A DNA stretch of 64,000 bases, taken from positions 909-64,908 of the forward strand of contig CAJBZP010000041.1 of assembly GCA_903960135.1 (NCBI GenBank). The letters are read 5' to 3'. The notes under the pieces were generated by a model, which saw nothing but the letters and a program-made list of their open reading frames with translations, was not told the origin of the DNA and made no database searches. The position numbers and the translations under genes are program-made. This stretch comes from an uncultured Actinomycetes bacterium (GTDB lineage Bacteria; Actinomycetota; Actinomycetes; S36-B12). Positions 47,841-59,931 of this stretch are shown piece by piece (the first letter of the stretch is position 1; each line of letters begins with the position of its first letter).

Positions 47841-49541
47841 TCAGATAGCGGTAATGGGTAAGCGCAGGGCAGCCGGCGCGTGATCAGGTACTACCGGGTT
47901 CTTCGGCGCGACCGGCTGTATGCGCAGATAAGGCTGGCCAAGTGCCGGTCGTAAGTCCACCTCGCCCTTGTTCGGCCACAGTGCCATGGCCCGCTCGGCT
48001 TGGGCGGTGATGGTCAGCGAAGGGTTCACGCCAAGGTTCGCCGTGATTGCCGCGCCGTCAACCACATGCAGCCCCGGGTGGCCGAAAGCGCGGTGATAGG
48101 CGTCAATCACTCCGTGATCAGCGTCCGCGCCGATTACGCAACCGCCAACAAAGTGCGCGGTCATCGCAGCGTCGAAATTCTCGAAAACACTGCTACCCGG
48201 AACACCACCGATCTTTTGCGCCACCCGCTTGATGACATCGTGGGCCACCGGCAGGTAGGTGGGTGCTGGATTAGACTCATCTTTCTTGGTAGTCAAATGC
48301 CAACGGCCAAAACGCGATCGCGTGCCTACTGTGGTCAATGAGTTATCAACCGGCTGCATCACCAGCGAGATAACCGCACGCTCGCTCCACCGGCGCACAT
48401 TAAGCAGTGACACCGCATTACGCCGTTGACGCACGAGTTCACCGGTCCAGGTTTTCCACCGGGCTTTGCCCATTTGCGGGACGGTGATTACCGACTGCAA
48501 CAGACCCATCGAATTAGAACCCTTGCCGTACCGCACCGGCTCCACATGGGTATTTGGATCCGGGTACCAACTAGAGGTGATAGCCACCCCCTGCGTGTAG
48601 TCGCTCGCCGAGGAGTTCGAGATGGCTCCGAGAATCGATTCGGAGTTGGTCCGAGACAGCCGGCCCAGTCGCTTTGATAGGCGCGGCAACTTGCCCGTGT
48701 CACTCATTTCATGCAGTAATTTCTGCGTGTTGTAGGTACCGGCCGCCATGATCACGTGCGCTGCGCTGAAGGATCTCGTGCGCTTACCAAGATGCAAACC
48801 AGTACGGACAGTGCTGACTTCGTAGCCGCCACCGGCTCGCTCAGCAATCTCGGTAACGGTGGTGAGCGGGTGCACGCGCGCGCCCGCCAGCTCGGCCAGC
48901 CCCAGATAATTCTTGGGCAAAGTGTTCTTGGCGCCATGTCGGCACCCCGTCATACATTCACCGCATTCGATGCAACCGGTGCGATCTGGGCCAACACCTC
49001 CGAAGAATGGATCCGGTTTCGTGACACCGTGGCCCGCCCCGAAATAAACTCCGACCGGCGTGAGCCGGAAAGTGTGACCCACCCCCATGTCATCGGCGAC
49101 GGCCTTCATGACCAAGTCACTTGGAGTCATCGTCGGATTCTCAGCGACCCCGAGCATTCGAGCCGCTTGGTCATAGAACGGTGTCAACTCATCGGCCCAG
49201 TCGGTGATATCGACCCACTGCGGATCGGTGAAGTACTTCTTGCCGGGCACGTACAATGTGTTCGCATAGTTCAAACTGCCACCACCAACACCTGCGCCGG
49301 CAAGTACCACGACATCCTTCAGCACATGTATACGTTGGAGCCCCGTCAGGCCCAGCTTCGGTGCCCACAAGAACCGCGAAAGGTGCCACGAGTTCTTTGG
49401 GTAAGTGGATTCATCGAATCGGCGCCCAGCCTCGAGCACGCCTACCCGATAGCCCTTCTCGACTAATCGAAGAGCTGAGACCGAACCGCCGAAGCCGGAT
49501 CCGATAATGATGACATCGAAATCCATTTCGCTACCAGGCAT
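47841..49541 (-). CDS. GMC-family FAD oxidoreductase (ChoD/cholesterol-oxidase-like)
   Basis: 566 aa with DVIIIGSGFGGSVSALRL (FAD fold) and the C-terminal GMC motif VVDGAAITANLGVNPSLTI. Its position near guaB3 parallels mycobacterial choD. Confidence 0.8.
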   Translation of the reverse strand: MPGSEMDFDVIIIGSGFGGSVSALRLVEKGYRVGVLEAGRRFDESTYPKNSWHLSRFLWAPKLGLTGLQRIHVLKDVVVLAGAGVGGGSLNYANTLYVPGKKYFTDPQWVDITDWADELTPFYDQAARMLGVAENPTMTPSDLVMKAVADDMGVGHTFRLTPVGVYFGAGHGVTKPDPFFGGVGPDRTGCIECGECMTGCRHGAKNTLPKNYLGLAELAGARVHPLTTVTEIAERAGGGYEVSTVRTGLHLGKRTRSFSAAHVIMAAGTYNTQKLLHEMSDTGKLPRLSKRLGRLSRTNSESILGAISNSSASDYTQGVAITSSWYPDPNTHVEPVRYGKGSNSMGLLQSVITVPQMGKARWKTWTGELVRQRRNAVSLLNVRRWSERAVISLVMQPVDNSLTTVGTRSRFGRWHLTTKKDESNPAPTYLPVAHDVIKRVAQKIGGVPGSSVFENFDAAMTAHFVGGCVIGADADHGVIDAYHRAFGHPGLHVVDGAAITANLGVNPSLTITAQAERAMALWPNKGEVDLRPALGQPYLRIQPVAPKNPVVPDHAPAALRLPITAI

Positions 49542-49564
49542 CCATGCTCCCCAATCCGTGGGCG

Positions 49565-51127
49565 TTACTTGAAGCCAAATTTCTTCATGGCCCCGACCGC
49601 TGCCACGAGCGTGCCACCCCAGCGCTCATTTGACCACCCGAACGGGGCGCCGAAGCCAAGAGCCCGTTGCGTGGCGATGGTCTGCGCCTCCGTGTATTTC
49701 AAGAATCCCTCCGCGCCATGGCGGCGCCCGAGCCCTGAGTCACCCATGCCACCCATCGGCGCCCGAACGCTCCCCCACGCCGCCGCATAGCCCTCATTGA
49801 TATTTACGGTGCCGGCCTTGAGCTGTGCGGCGATCTTGTTGCCGGCGTAGGTATCGCTGGTTAGGACTGAAGCGTTCAGCCCGTACACGGTGTCATTGGC
49901 CAATGCGACCGCCTGCTCGTCGGAGTTAACCGGGTAGACCGCGACCACCGGGCCAAAAGTCTCATCCCGGCACAATTTCATGTCTTCGCTGACCCCGGCC
50001 AAGACCGTTGGCTCAAAGTAGTACGGACCGACTTCAGGGCGTGCCTTTCCACCGACTAGCACCTGCGCACCGTGCGCCACAGCATCGGCTAGGTGCGCCT
50101 GAACTCGATCCAACTGGCCCTGCGAAATAAGCGAACCCATATCCGCGCCCCAGCCAAGTTCAGGGACCATTCGCATTCCGGCGACTCGTGGCAAGAATAG
50201 ATCCAAGAATGGCTGCATTACCTCCTCATGGATATACATCCGCTCAATGGATATACACAGCTGACCTGCGTTCGCAAAGCAGGCTCGCACTGCGATTTCT
50301 GCGGCGCGTTCAAGATCTGCATCCGCACGAATGATCATCGCGTTCTTGCCGCCGAGTTCAAGGGAGCAGCCGATGAGTCGCTCACCGCAGCGGCGAGCGA
50401 CTTCGCGGCCAACCTGTGTCGACCCGGTGAACATCACATAATCAACGCGATCAACAACCATCGGCCCGACATCGGCACCGGCCCCGGTTACCACTCGGAT
50501 GACCGACTCCGGGACCCCGGCCTCAATCATCAGATCGACCACCCAAAGGGCGGTCAGCGAGGTTTTTGAATCCGGCTTTAGCACCACCGCGTTACCTGCC
50601 AGCAATGCCGGAATCGCATCACTCGCCGCCAAGGTGAGCGGGTAGTTCCAGGGCGAGATGATCCCGACAACCCCCTTTGGGCGCCGTAACTCCTGAACCC
50701 CCACCAGGACTGGCAACGCACCACGATGGCGAACGGGCCTCATCAAGCGTGCCGCATCCCGCGCGTAATGCCGGGCGTTTATCAGGACGTCGAGGATCTC
50801 CTCCATTGCATCGCGGCGAGCCTTGCCCGTCTCGAGCTGAATTATGTCTAGGCCTTCATCTCTTCGCTCCAAGACCAGGTCATGGAACTTCAAGAAGATG
50901 CGAGCGCGCTCTTGCACCGGCCGCTGCGCCCACCACCGCCCCGCTTTGCGCGCGGTGGCCACAGCGGCAGTCACGTCAAGTTCGGTTGAGATGGGGAGTG
51001 CATAAAGGGCAGTTCCACTGAAAGGAGCGAGCACTTCAATTGACCTGGGATTCGCCCCTACCGCTGCATGCCCAAGAAGTCGCCGGACAACGGCAGGCTC
51101 CATCTCAACCCCAGCAGCGACGCTCAC
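49565..51127 (-). CDS. NAD(P)-dependent aldehyde dehydrogenase (succinic-semialdehyde dehydrogenase GabD2-like)
   Basis: 520 aa with SPWNYP, FTGST, LELGGKN, the catalytic FANAGQLCISIERMY and ETFGPV. Confidence 0.85.
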   Translation of the reverse strand: MSVAAGVEMEPAVVRRLLGHAAVGANPRSIEVLAPFSGTALYALPISTELDVTAAVATARKAGRWWAQRPVQERARIFLKFHDLVLERRDEGLDIIQLETGKARRDAMEEILDVLINARHYARDAARLMRPVRHRGALPVLVGVQELRRPKGVVGIISPWNYPLTLAASDAIPALLAGNAVVLKPDSKTSLTALWVVDLMIEAGVPESVIRVVTGAGADVGPMVVDRVDYVMFTGSTQVGREVARRCGERLIGCSLELGGKNAMIIRADADLERAAEIAVRACFANAGQLCISIERMYIHEEVMQPFLDLFLPRVAGMRMVPELGWGADMGSLISQGQLDRVQAHLADAVAHGAQVLVGGKARPEVGPYYFEPTVLAGVSEDMKLCRDETFGPVVAVYPVNSDEQAVALANDTVYGLNASVLTSDTYAGNKIAAQLKAGTVNINEGYAAAWGSVRAPMGGMGDSGLGRRHGAEGFLKYTEAQTIATQRALGFGAPFGWSNERWGGTLVAAVGAMKKFGFK

Positions 51128-51137
51128 GCCAACCCTC

Positions 51138-52247
51138 TCATGCCGTAACTACCATCTCCACCCGTTGGAATTCCTTTAGATCGCTGTAGCCTGTTGTTGC
51201 CATCGCCTTACGCAGGGCGCCAGCGATATTCATCGCCCCGGCCGCGTGAGTTGATGGTCCGTTCAAAACCTCCGCGAAGGAGCCGACCTGGGTCAGCACA
51301 TTGCGCTGACCTCGCGGTAGGTGCGCGTGCCAGGCTTCGGCGCCCCAGTGCGCACCGCCACCGGGGGCGTCGGCGGCTCGTGCCAGTACCGATCCGAGCA
51401 TCGCCGCATCCGCGCCACATGCGAAGGCACGCACGATATCGCCACTTTGCCCCATCGAGCCGTCTGCGATCACATGTACGTAGCGACCACCCGACTCGTC
51501 GAGATAGTCCCGTCGCGCAGCAGCAACATCTGCGACCGCGCTCGCCATCGGTACCCGCACTCCCAACACATCGGAGGTGGTCATGGACGAGCCACCGCCA
51601 AAGCCAACGAGCACCCCGGCCGCACCGGTGCGCATCAGGTGCAGGGCCGCTTGGTAAGTGGCACACCCGCCCACGATCACCGGAACATCGAGCTGGTGGA
51701 TGAACTCCTTCAAGTTAAGCGGCTCACCATTCCCCGAAACATGTTCGGCAGAAACGGTGGTGCCTCGGATGACGATGATGTCGGCACCGGCCGCCACCGC
51801 ACGTGGCGCCAACTCTGCGGTGCGCTGTGGGCTAACCGCGACCGCTACTGTGACGCCGGCTTGCTTCATCTCCGCAACCCGCTGGCCTACCAGGTCAAGG
51901 TCAACCGGCACTGCATAAATCGCTTGCATCCGAGCGGTTACCTGGTCTTCTGGCAACTGCCTGATCTCGTCGAGCAGGCCCGACGGATCCGCATACCGCC
52001 CCCAGACACCTTCTAGATTGAGAACCGCAAGCATGCCAAGCCCGGTAAGGGTCTGCGCCGAGCTGGGGCTGACTATCGAATCCATCGGAGCCGCAATAAA
52101 TGGCAGCTCGAATCGATAGGCGTCGATGGTCCAGGCCGTCGAAACCTCCTGCGGGTCACGGGTGCGCCGGCTCGGCGCAATAGCCACCTCATCGAATGAA
52201 TAGGCTCGGCGGGCACGCTTGGCGCCACCGATTTGGATGTCGGTCAC
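51138..52247 (-). CDS. guaB3: GuaB3-type IMP-dehydrogenase-related protein (no CBS insert)
   Basis: 369 aa. It has an IMPDH-like TIM barrel (IAAPMD, VIVGGCATYQAA, GVLVGFGGG) without a CBS pair, and lies directly downstream of guaB as in mycobacteria. Confidence 0.85.
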   Translation of the reverse strand: MTDIQIGGAKRARRAYSFDEVAIAPSRRTRDPQEVSTAWTIDAYRFELPFIAAPMDSIVSPSSAQTLTGLGMLAVLNLEGVWGRYADPSGLLDEIRQLPEDQVTARMQAIYAVPVDLDLVGQRVAEMKQAGVTVAVAVSPQRTAELAPRAVAAGADIIVIRGTTVSAEHVSGNGEPLNLKEFIHQLDVPVIVGGCATYQAALHLMRTGAAGVLVGFGGGSSMTTSDVLGVRVPMASAVADVAAARRDYLDESGGRYVHVIADGSMGQSGDIVRAFACGADAAMLGSVLARAADAPGGGAHWGAEAWHAHLPRGQRNVLTQVGSFAEVLNGPSTHAAGAMNIAGALRKAMATTGYSDLKEFQRVEMVVTA

Positions 52248-52254
52248 TTAAGTC

Positions 52255-53760
<1,506 letters not shown>

Positions 53761-54744
53761 CTACTCTCCTACTAACCGAGTGATTCTCGACACCGCCTCG
53801 GTGAAGTCAAAGACCCGCTCCACCCCCGATGGGATAGCCCCACCCCAGCCCGGCCCCCCGATGACCACCGCCGGTGCCGGCCGAATCTGGCGCAGGGCGG
53901 CAAGTGGCAGCGCATCCCCGGTTTCGGCCAATTGCGACCAAACGAAAACCGCGATCGGCCCCGACCGTTGAGCTGTTCTTACCAGTGCCTCGGTTGGCAC
54001 CCGCTGCCCCAGTATTCGAACTTCGATGTGCCGCTCGGCCAGTGCCCCACCCAAGGCGGTGAGGGCAAGTGAGTGGAGGTCTTCTGGGGCTGAGGCCAGC
54101 AGCACCGGGCGCAGATTTACCGGCGTGCGAAGTCGCTCGATCACCGCACCAAAACATGACTCGATGACGTTGGTGAACAAGTGCTCGACCTCAATGCCTT
54201 CACCGGTGGCCGCCCAATTGGCGCCAAGCTCCACCAGCACCGGGGTCAGCAAGGACTCCCAAGTCCAGATCACGCCCCGTTTTTCAATGGACTCGGCGAT
54301 GATCCCCCGGCAGGCCGCGGTGTCGGCTGAATTAGCGGCCCGGGCCAAACCGCGAATTGATGCTTTCTCGGCGCCCACCCGCGCCGGCACCCGAACTCCA
54401 CTAACCGGCGGTCCACTAACCGGCGGTTCACTTGAATCTGAGGATGCCGGCACTTGGCCCGGGCCGCCGGCTGGCACCGCCCGCGCCGCCTCACCCGGAG
54501 TTACTCCGGAGTTGATCAAGCGCCGAACCTGATCCAAGCGCGCTAAATCAGCAGTCGAATACCGCCGATGGGCACCGAGTTGATGCCCGCTGGGCCCCAG
54601 GCCGTAACGGCGATCCCAGGTCCGCAGGGTGGCCGGGGCAATCCCTAACCGCCGGGCCACCGCGGCCACGGTCAATCCGGGAGTCGTGTCGGGGCTCACG
54701 CCGTCAATTTCAGCTTGTGCACCAACTTGGGCCGGATTTGCCAT
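53761..54744 (-). CDS. MerR-family regulator with a CarH/LitR-type cobalamin-binding C-terminal domain
   Basis: The N-terminal LTVAAVARRLGIAPATLRTWDRRYGL is a MerR HTH. The central W177-AATGEGIEV-E187-H188 is a Wx9EH motif. The C-terminal EDLHSLA...WSQL...VIGG corresponds to DxHxx(G->A)-x42-SxL-x23-GG. The gene ends 9 nt before guaB. Confidence 0.7.
   Translation of the reverse strand: MANPAQVGAQAEIDGVSPDTTPGLTVAAVARRLGIAPATLRTWDRRYGLGPSGHQLGAHRRYSTADLARLDQVRRLINSGVTPGEAARAVPAGGPGQVPASSDSSEPPVSGPPVSGVRVPARVGAEKASIRGLARAANSADTAACRGIIAESIEKRGVIWTWESLLTPVLVELGANWAATGEGIEVEHLFTNVIESCFGAVIERLRTPVNLRPVLLASAPEDLHSLALTALGGALAERHIEVRILGQRVPTEALVRTAQRSGPIAVFVWSQLAETGDALPLAALRQIRPAPAVVIGGPGWGGAIPSGVERVFDFTEAVSRITRLVGE
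54397..54426. repeat. Perfect 15-bp tandem duplication (in frame, linker of the MerR/CarH-like gene)
   Basis: TCCACTAACCGGCGG occurs twice in tandem (54397..54411 and 54412..54426) and encodes PPVSG twice. Confidence 0.95.
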
Positions 54745-54813
54745 ACCGCATTGTCCAGTTAATTAGGTCACATTGCATTCTGAAACCGCGCAAGCCCCGG
54801 AATTGGGGCAAAA

Positions 54814-54835
54814 AAGTTAGGTAGCACCCTAACTT
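54814..54835. promoter_or_regulatory. Inverted repeat (candidate operator) in the MerR-like/whiB divergent region
   Basis: AAGTTAGG-N6-CCTAACTT, with perfect 8-bp arms, lies 16 nt upstream of the putative whiB -35. TTAGG/CCTAA pentamers recur at 54763, 54817, 54828, 54844 and 54903. Confidence 0.45.
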
Positions 54836-54850
54836 GTTCACTTTTAGGGC

Positions 54851-54880
54851 TTGACTAACCTATGAAGCGTTTTATATAGT
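54851..54880 (+). promoter_or_regulatory. Putative whiB promoter
   Basis: TTGACT (54851..54856), an 18-nt spacer, then TATAGT (54875..54880), located 28 nt upstream of the ATG. Confidence 0.5.
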
Positions 54881-54907
54881 CGGGGCACTAGACAACTGGA
54901 GGCCCTA

Positions 54908-55195
54908 ATGGCTGATGTTTCCCGGCTCCCGGGACCAAACAGCGACTTTTGGGATTGGCAATTGCTCGCAGCCTGTCGCGGTGAGGACCCAAGTGCCTTC
55001 TTCCATCCAGATGGCGAGCGGGGCCCGGCGCGAGCGGCGCGGGAGAAAGCCGCCAAGGCGATCTGCAATACCTGCCCGATTAAGACCAAGTGCGCCGACC
55101 ATGCCCTTGAAGTACGGGAACCGTATGGAGTTTGGGGTGGGCTATCCGAGGAGGACCGCGAGGTCATCTACTCCAGGCGCACTCTCGCGTCCTAA
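54908..55195 (+). CDS. whiB: WhiB-family [4Fe-4S] transcription factor (WhiB3/WhiD-like)
   Basis: 95 aa. LPGPNSDFWDWQLLAACRGEDPSAFFHPDGERGPAR...AKAICNTCPIKTKCADHALEVREPYGVWGGLSE has four Cys including CxxC, plus the GVWGG turn. It is near-colinear with M. tuberculosis WhiB3 as I remember it, and lies next to groEL as in mycobacteria. A GGAGG RBS sits 5 nt upstream. Confidence 0.9.
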   Translation: MADVSRLPGPNSDFWDWQLLAACRGEDPSAFFHPDGERGPARAAREKAAKAICNTCPIKTKCADHALEVREPYGVWGGLSEEDREVIYSRRTLAS

Positions 55196-55238
55196 GGTTC
55201 GACGCCACCACGGCCCTCGCGGCCGATTCTTTCCCAAA

Positions 55239-55278
55239 AATTTAGGGGCGCCGCGCAATCGCGCGGCGCCCCTAAATT
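55239..55278. terminator. Bidirectional intrinsic terminator between convergent whiB and groEL
   Basis: Perfect 18-bp stem AATTTAGGGGCGCCGCGC / GCGCGGCGCCCCTAAATT with a 4-nt loop (AATC). It is flanked by a T-rich tract on the plus strand (TATTT) and by TTTTTGGG on the minus strand. Confidence 0.8.
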
Positions 55279-55286
55279 ATTTCGGA

Positions 55287-56954
<1,668 letters not shown>

Positions 56955-57011
56955 TTACAGATCAGGTTTCAAGTCAGTAGTGGTACCGGTAGTGCTCCCG
57001 CCTGACATAAG

Positions 57012-57046
57012 CGCCCCGGTACCCGGTACTACCGGTTACCGGGGCG
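57012..57046. other. Stem-loop in the groES-groEL intergenic region
   Basis: CGCCCCGGTA (57012..57021) pairs with TACCGGGGCG (57037..57046) around a 15-nt loop. The surrounding 56980..57046 is rich in CCGGTA/TACCGG repeats. Confidence 0.5.
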
Positions 57047-57076
57047 GCTTACGTCAAAGACGATGCTTTGGCAGGA

Positions 57077-57376
57077 CTACTTCTCGACGATTGCCAGCAC
57101 GTCGCGGGCTGAGAGAATCAAGTACTCCTCATTGTTGTACTTGACCTCGGTGCCGCCGTACTTGCTGTAAATGACGATATCGCCGGCCTTGATGTCGAGC
57201 GGAATCCGCTTTTCACCGTCCTCGTCGAAGCGACCCGGGCCAACCGCAATTACTTTGCCCTCTTGGGGCTTTTCCTTGGCGGTATCTGGGATGACGAGGC
57301 CGGAAGCAGTGGTCTGCTCGGCTTCTAGGGTTTGGACCAAGATTCGATCCTCGAGCGGCTTGATGGAGACCGACAC
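57077..57376 (-). CDS. groES: Co-chaperonin GroES
   Basis: 99 aa with [11 protein letters not shown]...[25 protein letters not shown]. It has a GTG start preceded by GGAGGG. Confidence 0.95.
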   Translation of the reverse strand: MSVSIKPLEDRILVQTLEAEQTTASGLVIPDTAKEKPQEGKVIAVGPGRFDEDGEKRIPLDIKAGDIVIYSKYGGTEVKYNNEEYLILSARDVLAIVEK

Positions 57377-57428
57377 TGTGGCGTCCCTCCGAAGGAGTTG
57401 GGTGGCTCCCTTGCGGGAGTGGCTGATA

Positions 57429-57455
57429 GTTGGCAGTCCCCGGTGGGGAGTGCCA
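57429..57455. promoter_or_regulatory. CIRCE-like (HrcA operator) copy 1 upstream of groES
   Basis: TTGGCAGTC-N9-GAGTGCCAG, with 2 mismatches per arm against the CIRCE consensus. It lies 53-79 nt upstream of the groES start. Confidence 0.6.
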
Positions 57456-57460
57456 GAGCA

Positions 57461-57489
57461 AACATTACGGGTCCGTTAGCACTCTGTCA
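57461..57489 (-). promoter_or_regulatory. Putative sigma-70-type groES promoter
   Basis: Read on the minus strand: TTGACA (57489..57484), a 17-nt spacer, then TAATGT (57466..57461). The -35 element lies inside the spacer of CIRCE copy 2, and the predicted transcription start falls in CIRCE copy 1. Confidence 0.55.
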
Positions 57490-57501
57490 ACTTGAGTGCC
57501 A
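57475..57501. promoter_or_regulatory. CIRCE (HrcA operator) copy 2 upstream of groES
   Basis: TTAGCACTC-N9-GAGTGCCAG compared with the consensus TTAGCACTC-N9-GAGTGCTAA. The left arm is perfect and the right arm has 2 mismatches. It lies 99-125 nt upstream of the groES start. Confidence 0.8.
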
Positions 57502-57531
57502 GCGGGCCCACACCGCCCGGCACCGCGGCAG

Positions 57532-58416
57532 TTATCCGGTCACCTCAGCCCGGATCGCCGAGATTGCCGCGGCATCGGTGCCACAACAGCCGCCCACCCA
57601 AGTGGCGCCCAGGTCTACCCAGGTCGCTGCGGCCGCTGCCACCGAAGCGGCGGGCACCTGCTGCCATGATTCCTGTTGCGCCGACCACACCCCGCCGGCG
57701 TTGGGGTAGGCAATCACCGCTTTAGCCGTGGTCGCCGAGATCCGCCCGAGCAACTGCGGCAGGAACTGCGGTGCGGTGCAGTTGATGCCCACCAGCTGCA
57801 CGCTGGCGATCCCATCGGCGATCTCGATGGCGGCCTCCATCGGCTGGCCGGCGCAGGTGTGAGCACCATCTGCTGCGGTGAACGTAATCCAGGCCGGCAG
57901 GTGCGGGAAGTCTTCGAGGATTTCAGCGATCACCTCTAGTTCGCGCACATCGGGGATGGTTTCGATCGCGAGCAGATCCGGTGATCCGCTCGCAAGGATC
58001 TCAATGCGCGGTCGATGAAAATCCCGAAGTTGCACAGCGCTGAGCCCATAGTTGCCCCGATACTCGCCGCCATCGTGGCTGATCGCACCGTAGGGGCCAA
58101 CACTCGCGGCAACGATGGTCGATGGCGCACAGGCAGCTCGCGCTATCTCAATACTCCTTAGCAGGCACCGATCTGCAGCTGCCGCGGTCAATCCGGCCTC
58201 GATGAACCCTTGCCGCGAAACTTGATAGCTCGCGGTGATCAGCACATCAGCGCCGGCCTCGACAAATGCCCGATGCGCACTTTCAATCGCGTCCGGTTGC
58301 TCAAGAAGTGCCCGTCCGGTCCACAGGGAGCCCGAAATGTCGTAGCCCATCAACTCAAGTTGTGTTGATAGTCCACCATCGACAATCGTGATCCCCGGGC
58401 GGTCAGTTAAGAACAT
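57532..58416 (-). CDS. Homocysteine S-methyltransferase family protein
   Basis: 294 aa with [21 protein letters not shown] and WVGGCCGT (zinc-ligand Cys pattern of Pfam S-methyl_trans). It overlaps tsaD by 14 nt. Confidence 0.8.
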   Translation of the reverse strand: MFLTDRPGITIVDGGLSTQLELMGYDISGSLWTGRALLEQPDAIESAHRAFVEAGADVLITASYQVSRQGFIEAGLTAAAADRCLLRSIEIARAACAPSTIVAASVGPYGAISHDGGEYRGNYGLSAVQLRDFHRPRIEILASGSPDLLAIETIPDVRELEVIAEILEDFPHLPAWITFTAADGAHTCAGQPMEAAIEIADGIASVQLVGINCTAPQFLPQLLGRISATTAKAVIAYPNAGGVWSAQQESWQQVPAASVAAAAATWVDLGATWVGGCCGTDAAAISAIRAEVTG

Positions 58417-59458
58417 TGAGCACTACCGTTTCGATTGGCAGCACCGACGTCGTTGCGAATGAAAGGTCCGATGCGATCGCACCACGCACCAGCAAACGCG
58501 ACCCAAGTGCCGCGATCATGGCGCCATTGTCGGTGCATAATCCCGGGCGCGGGATTCGAACCGAAACCCCAATGCGGGCCGCGCGCTCCAGTGCCAATGC
58601 CCGTAGCCGACTATTTGCGGCTACCCCACCGCCAATAACTAGATGCTCAATTCCGGTGTCTTGGCACGCAGCCAAGGCTTTTTGGGTGAGAACATCCACC
58701 ACGGCTTCTTGGAAGCTGGCCGCCACGTCAGGTACCGACACCCCGATACCGGCCTGCTCCTGCTGCTTGACCCATCGTGCAACCGCCGTCTTAAGCCCCG
58801 AAAACGAGAAGTTCAACCTGTTCGCTGCGCCGTCATGGGCTGCCGTCAAACCGCGCGGAAACGCAATTGCCCGTTCGTCCCCACTTCGCGCCACTTCATC
58901 TATCCACGGTCCACCCGGGAAAGGCAACCCGAGTAGGCGTGCAACTTTGTCAAACGCCTCACCGGCAGCATCGTCCAAGGTGGCCCCTAGGGACTGAAAG
59001 TCACTCCCCGTCAATTGAACTAAGGACGAATGTCCACCCGATACCAGCAGCCCGATGACCGAATCGGGCAGTGGACCGTGCTCGAGTTCATCAACGACAA
59101 TATGGCCGGCCAGGTGATTTACCGCGAAAACCGGAATGCCAAGGGCAAGTGCCAGGGCTTTAGCGCTTGCGGTTCCAACAAGGAGTGCGCCAACCAAGCC
59201 CGGGCCACCGGTCACCGCAATAGCGTCAATATCACTTAGTTTGACGTTCGCGACCGCGCAGGCCCGCTCGATGGTCGGCACCATGGCCTCAAGGTGCGCT
59301 CGACTGGCAATCTCCGGCACCACTCCCCCGAACCGCGCATGTTCATCAATACTCGAGGCCACCTCATCAGCCAATAAGGTGGCGCCACGCACGATCCCGA
59401 CGCCGGTTTCATCGCAAGAGGTCTCGATCCCCAGAACCAGTGGCTCGCTGATCATCAC
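58403..59458 (-). CDS. tsaD: tRNA N6-adenosine threonylcarbamoyltransferase
   Basis: 351 aa with [19 protein letters not shown] (metal His pair), SGGHS and GGVAAN motifs. Confidence 0.95.
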   Translation of the reverse strand: MMISEPLVLGIETSCDETGVGIVRGATLLADEVASSIDEHARFGGVVPEIASRAHLEAMVPTIERACAVANVKLSDIDAIAVTGGPGLVGALLVGTASAKALALALGIPVFAVNHLAGHIVVDELEHGPLPDSVIGLLVSGGHSSLVQLTGSDFQSLGATLDDAAGEAFDKVARLLGLPFPGGPWIDEVARSGDERAIAFPRGLTAAHDGAANRLNFSFSGLKTAVARWVKQQEQAGIGVSVPDVAASFQEAVVDVLTQKALAACQDTGIEHLVIGGGVAANSRLRALALERAARIGVSVRIPRPGLCTDNGAMIAALGSRLLVRGAIASDLSFATTSVLPIETVVLNVLN

Positions 59459-59931
59459 TTGCCGCCGCCCGAAGTGGTTGTTCGCGCAAGTGGCCGTAGT
59501 CGCATGATGAGAGCGTCAACATCAGGGGCGTAGTAATTGGGGCGCGAACTAATTTTCTCGAACCCAAATTGTTGATACATGGCGATCGCCGCAACATTGT
59601 CAGAGCGAACTTCAAGGATCAACTGCGCAGCCTGCGCCTGCGTCGCATGCTCGATCAAGGTCGTGAGCAGTAAGGCGCCGACGCCTTGGCCCTGATGGTC
59701 CTTGGCAACCCCGATTGTCTGCACATCGGCTTCGGGGCTGAGCACGAAACTGCCCGCGTAGCCGACGATGTCATCGTCTAATGTGGCAATGAAGTAGTGC
59801 CGGGTTGGCTCTGCTAACTCTGACCAAAATTGCTCAATACTCCATGGATCGGTGGCAAATACTGATATCTCAATCGCGTGCACGGACGGGATATCCCACC
59901 AACGCATAGGCCGCACCTCAACTGCTGTCAT
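59455..59931 (-). CDS. rimI: Ribosomal-protein-alanine N-acetyltransferase (GNAT)
   Basis: 158 aa with a GNAT acetyl-CoA motif ([16 protein letters not shown]). It occupies the conserved position between tsaB and tsaD, with 4-nt overlaps on both sides. Confidence 0.85.
   Translation of the reverse strand: MTAVEVRPMRWWDIPSVHAIEISVFATDPWSIEQFWSELAEPTRHYFIATLDDDIVGYAGSFVLSPEADVQTIGVAKDHQGQGVGALLLTTLIEHATQAQAAQLILEVRSDNVAAIAMYQQFGFEKISSRPNYYAPDVDALIMRLRPLARTTTSGGGK

Noticed and set aside
54794-54815. GCCCC-GGAATT-GGGGC hairpin followed by A6, which looks like an intrinsic terminator
   Set aside because: On the plus strand the stem is followed by an A-run, not a U-run. On the minus strand the T-run precedes the stem. 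No gene ends nearby on either strand, so it is not called as a terminator. It may be part of a 5' leader or operator region.
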